Made by a program: the position numbers and the translations under genes
Shown: piece after piece, positions 60,601 through 64,000 of the stretch
Layout: every line of letters starts with the position of its first letter
Position numbering within the stretch: the first letter of the stretch is position 1
Source of the DNA: Macrostomum lignano
Taxonomy: Eukaryota
NCBI GenBank assembly: GCA_002269645.1
Contig: NIVC01002760.1
Span: 62,001-126,000 of the forward strand
Direction of reading: 5' to 3'
DNA length: 64,000 nt
Notes under the pieces: model-generated
What the model was told of the DNA's origin: nothing
Databases searched by the model: none
The model's input: the letters and a program-made list of their open reading frames with translations, nothing else

Positions 60601-63245
60601 AGAATAAAGGAATGGTAAAATGTTGGATTAGTATGTTATCAATTGGCAAAAAGTCATTTTTGTAAAAATTTGGACATTTTTCAAAGCAAAAGACATCATT
60701 AAGATTTTGTACCTTTTAAAAACAAATAGAAAGCTTTTGAAGGTTGAAACAAACTATAGATAAAAGTATAGTACTTGCATCATCAGATAAAAGCATTGGT
60801 GACCAAATAATCTATTATATTTTTAATGTATTAGTACCTCAAAGTTACTGAATTGACAGAAAAAAATATGTTACGACCATAATGTTACGACCATAAGGCT
60901 GCCTTTTCTTTTGTATCTTTGTTGCCTTTTGAGTTTATATATTCTAATAAAAGAGTATGATTTCTAAAGATGTTCTTAGTCAAATTTTAAAAATGTATTG
61001 CAAAATATCAAAAATGAAAAATGTTATAAGACTTTTACCTTTTAGTTTCTATATGTCAAAAATCCTGTCGTTACGACCATAAGTGTCATTTAAGGTTTAA
61101 TAGCATCTATACTAATGATGATATCTATATGAAACTCTATAAATATATTCTAGACAAAATAATCTTTCATTTAAAATATTGGTTTAGTATATTCTATTAT
61201 TAGATTTCATTTTATAAGTAAAAATAACCTGTCATGTTACGACCATGCTTATATGGAATGAGCCAACAGTAGTACTAAATAAGCTAATTTAATGTAATAA
61301 AGTAGAAAAATAAATTTAAGAACATATACTATATTTTTTATTGAATTAAAACACACTAGTTTCATTGCAATTTAGAGCAAAGTCTAGAAGCCAACAGGCC
61401 AATTGTCCTGCAACTTAAAATAGTATGGATCCCAATACATGGACTGATAAACTGCCTATTCTTGCAGACCTATTCATAGCCAATTGCCAGAAGCCATAAT
61501 GACTTCAAATTCTAGACCTAAGTAACCTGGGAACATCTCACTGCATATCTTAACTTCATCAATGGGCTCTTTGACTTCTGGCAAATGCCAGTTCTCGTGA
61601 CCAACAACCTTTTTGAAGGCACTATGCAAACATACATTCAGCTGCAGGTGCACATGGCACTGTGTGTGCTGCACAATGCGCTTAGCTGCTAGCAACTCTG
61701 TATATCTCTATATTGATTTCAATGTTATTGGAGCCAAGCAATGATAGGATGGCAGCCATATCCATGACCGAAATATCAGAAATCACAGTATGTTTTGCAC
61801 TTCACCTTTCTAACAAAGGCCAGTCAATGTCTATAGACTTGCCAGTCTCAAGCCAGCTGTCAAGTAGTGGCACTCCCTTGAAGATATCACTGGGAACAAT
61901 TGAATTATAGCACTCCTGCAGTTAAAAGTAATCCTCAAGATGAAAGCCATTTGATCTGGCCAGGAGATGCTTTACACTAGGAATAGGGTAATCCTCAAAC
62001 TTAATTTTACATTCACATGTATGCTATAATCAGCACACATTCTGAGTATCCATCCTTCACCCATACAACCAGAGAGAAGTTGCTTACCAGGCCATCCATA
62101 GGCTCAATCACACCCAGTTGTTGAAGTCTTTCTAGCTTACTGTTCACCATAGACTAAGTCAAAGGTAGGCCTATTTAACAAGGAGTGATAAAACAATGAT
62201 CAAGTGTTAGTAGCTAATATTTATCTTAAAAAAACAAATAAAACCTGTAAATAATAGACACTCAATGCTTCATACTATATATCAGTACAGTATATTAGTA
62301 TAAGTGCCAGACATGGTATAATATTTATAGTATATAGGATTAGCCCTATATTTAATATTTTAGGCTTTTAATATTCTTGTCTGAATATTTAACTCATTGT
62401 GATCATAGAATAGTATTTAGCATATTTCATTTTTTGCCTATGCTATATTGGTATGATAGTGCAGAAAATTCTAGTTGTTAGACTCTGTCCTAGTTAATCT
62501 ATTTGACCTTCTTATTTATGATCCTTGTTGATAAGGCTCTAGTACCTTTAAGTGTCCCTTAGCATATTTTTGTTATACCCTTGATATATCTCTACAATTT
62601 TATTTGTCCCAATATAATAAGCAATAAGTTGGGAGAACTAACTTTATTATCCCATTGCATATTTAAAAACCAAAAGTAGTCTAGATGAAAGTCTAGTGGT
62701 TACCTTCAAAGAATAAACCAAAACATTTTGAGTGCTAGGACTAGTATTCTATTAGCACATTTTTCATTACAAACAAATGTCTTCTACATAGTCTCAACTA
62801 GTTTGATATTGAATTTAAGCCATATCTTCACAAATTAAAGAGTAAAAGTAACAAATCTGTAATATTCAATTAATGCTAATAACTTTGTTATAAAAAGTGA
62901 ATACCAATGAATTTTAATTTAATGATGAGCACTGATAAATGAACTTGATTTTTTATATTTAAACTGTCCTTCATTCCTGACTTGAATTGCAAAGCCCTAA
63001 CTCATTGACACATGGCTTCTCAACAATGCAGGTTGAAATGGGCATGAAAAATCATGAGTTTGTACCAGACAAATTGGCCAAAGCCATCTCAGGCCTGAGA
63101 TGCTCAGATAGTGGCGTGCTCAAAATCTGTCGCGATCTCTGTCAAAGACGACTGCTCAGTCATGTTGATGCTGGCTACAGATTGACGGTTGCTGGATATG
63201 ACTGTCTGGCACTGAAGGCGCTGGTTAACTCTGGAAAGCTGACAG
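57686..63245 (+). CDS. RIOK2: Serine/threonine-protein kinase RIO2, exons 1-2 (gene continues beyond the window)
   Basis: join(57686-57751, 63032-63245). MGRLNVDILRYLSTEEMRVLTA|VEMGMKNHEFVP...GYRLTVAGYDCLALKAL matches the RIO2 N-terminal winged helix. Donors GTAAGT and GTATGT. Confidence 0.95.
59154..59799. mobile_element. MITE-like inverted-repeat element in RIOK2 intron 1
   Basis: CCATAGTCCAGATCATGTTAAGTGCA (59154-59179) versus the reverse complement of 59774-59799: 26 bp with 3 mismatches. Confidence 0.4.
61470..62170 (-). mobile_element. Ty3/Gypsy LTR-retrotransposon reverse transcriptase relic
   Basis: Frame-broken motifs KLERLQQLGVIEP, VKDG-LRMCADY, VN, EDYPIPSV typical of the Gypsy RT N-terminus. 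Multiple stops and frameshifts. Confidence 0.6.
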
Positions 63246-63254
63246 GTATGTTTT

Positions 63255-64000
63255 GGAATCTTGAGGGTAAGAATCGTGAGGTTGTGGGGGGGGGGGTAAG
63301 AATCATGAGATTCTGGGGGTAAAAATCGTGAGATTCTGGGGGTAAGCATCGTGAGATTCTGGGGGTAAGAATCGTGAGGTTCTGGGGGTAAGAATCGTTA
63401 GAAGATTCTGGGGGTAAGAATCGTGAGGTTCTGGTGGTAAGAATCGTGAGGTTCTGGGGGTAAGAATCGTTAGAAGATTCTGGGGGTAAGAATCGTGAGG
63501 TTCTGGGGGTAAAAATCGTTAGAAGATTCTGGGGGTAAGAATCGTGAGGTTCTGGGGGTAAGAATCGTGAGGTTCTGGGGGTAAGAATCGTGAGGTTCTG
63601 GTGGTAAGAATCGTGAGGTTGTGGGGTAAGAATCGTTAGAAGATTCTGGGGGTAAGAATCGTGAGATTTTGGGGGTAAGAATCGTGAGGTTCTGGGGGTA
63701 ACAATCGTGAGGTTCTGGGGGTAAGAGTCGTGAGGTTCTGGTGGTAAGAATCGTGAGGTTCTGGGGGGTAAGAATCGTTAGAAGATTCTTGGGGTAAGAA
63801 TCGTTAGAAGATTCTGGGGGTAAGAATCGTGAGGTTCTGGGGGGTAAAAATCGTTAGAAGATTCTGGGGGTAAGAATCGTGAGGTTCTGGGGTAAGAATC
63901 GTGAGGTTCTGGGGGTAAGAGTCGTGAGGTTCTGGGGGTAAGAGTCGTGAGGTTCTGGGGGTAAGAGTCATGAGGTTCTGGGGGTAAGAATCGTTAGAAG
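63255..64000. repeat. ~22-25-bp minisatellite (GGGGGTAAGAATCGTGAGGTTCT)n in RIOK2 intron 2
   Basis: Directly visible to the window end. Confidence 0.95.

Overview
Eukaryotic, intron-containing animal genomic DNA. The mix of GC-rich exons, short GT-AG introns, dense minisatellites and an oxytocin-type gene resembles a free-living flatworm such as Macrostomum, but the taxon is my inference only. Six spliced protein-coding genes could be reconstructed by hand, with exon phases checked: (1) an ankyrin-repeat + STE11/MEKK-like kinase (-, 6239-9761); (2) an oxytocin/vasopressin-type prepropeptide with signal peptide, nonapeptide CFMENCAPG-GKKKR and a 14-Cys neurophysin (-, 11757-12920), whose exons 2-3 are absent from the ORF track; (3) a DEK-C + SWIB protein of the UAF30/Spp27 type (+, 25356-33566); (4) CFAP221/PCDP1 (-, 35834-49804, 6 exons); (5) an orphan rhodopsin-class peptide-type GPCR (+, 52027-54069) lying between ~63-bp inverted repeats; (6) the first two exons of RIOK2 (+, from 57686). 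Mobile DNA comprises a decayed Ngaro-type tyrosine-recombinase retrotransposon with split direct repeats and a SAP-domain Gag (21002-24278), three tRNA-derived CORE-SINE copies, a Tc1 transposase relic, a Gypsy RT relic and several MITE-like inverted-repeat elements. About 20 tandem-repeat arrays generate most of the long ORFs in the track, and those ORFs are artefacts. The most notable items are the divergent oxytocin/vasopressin-like precursor and the inverted-repeat-flanked GPCR gene.
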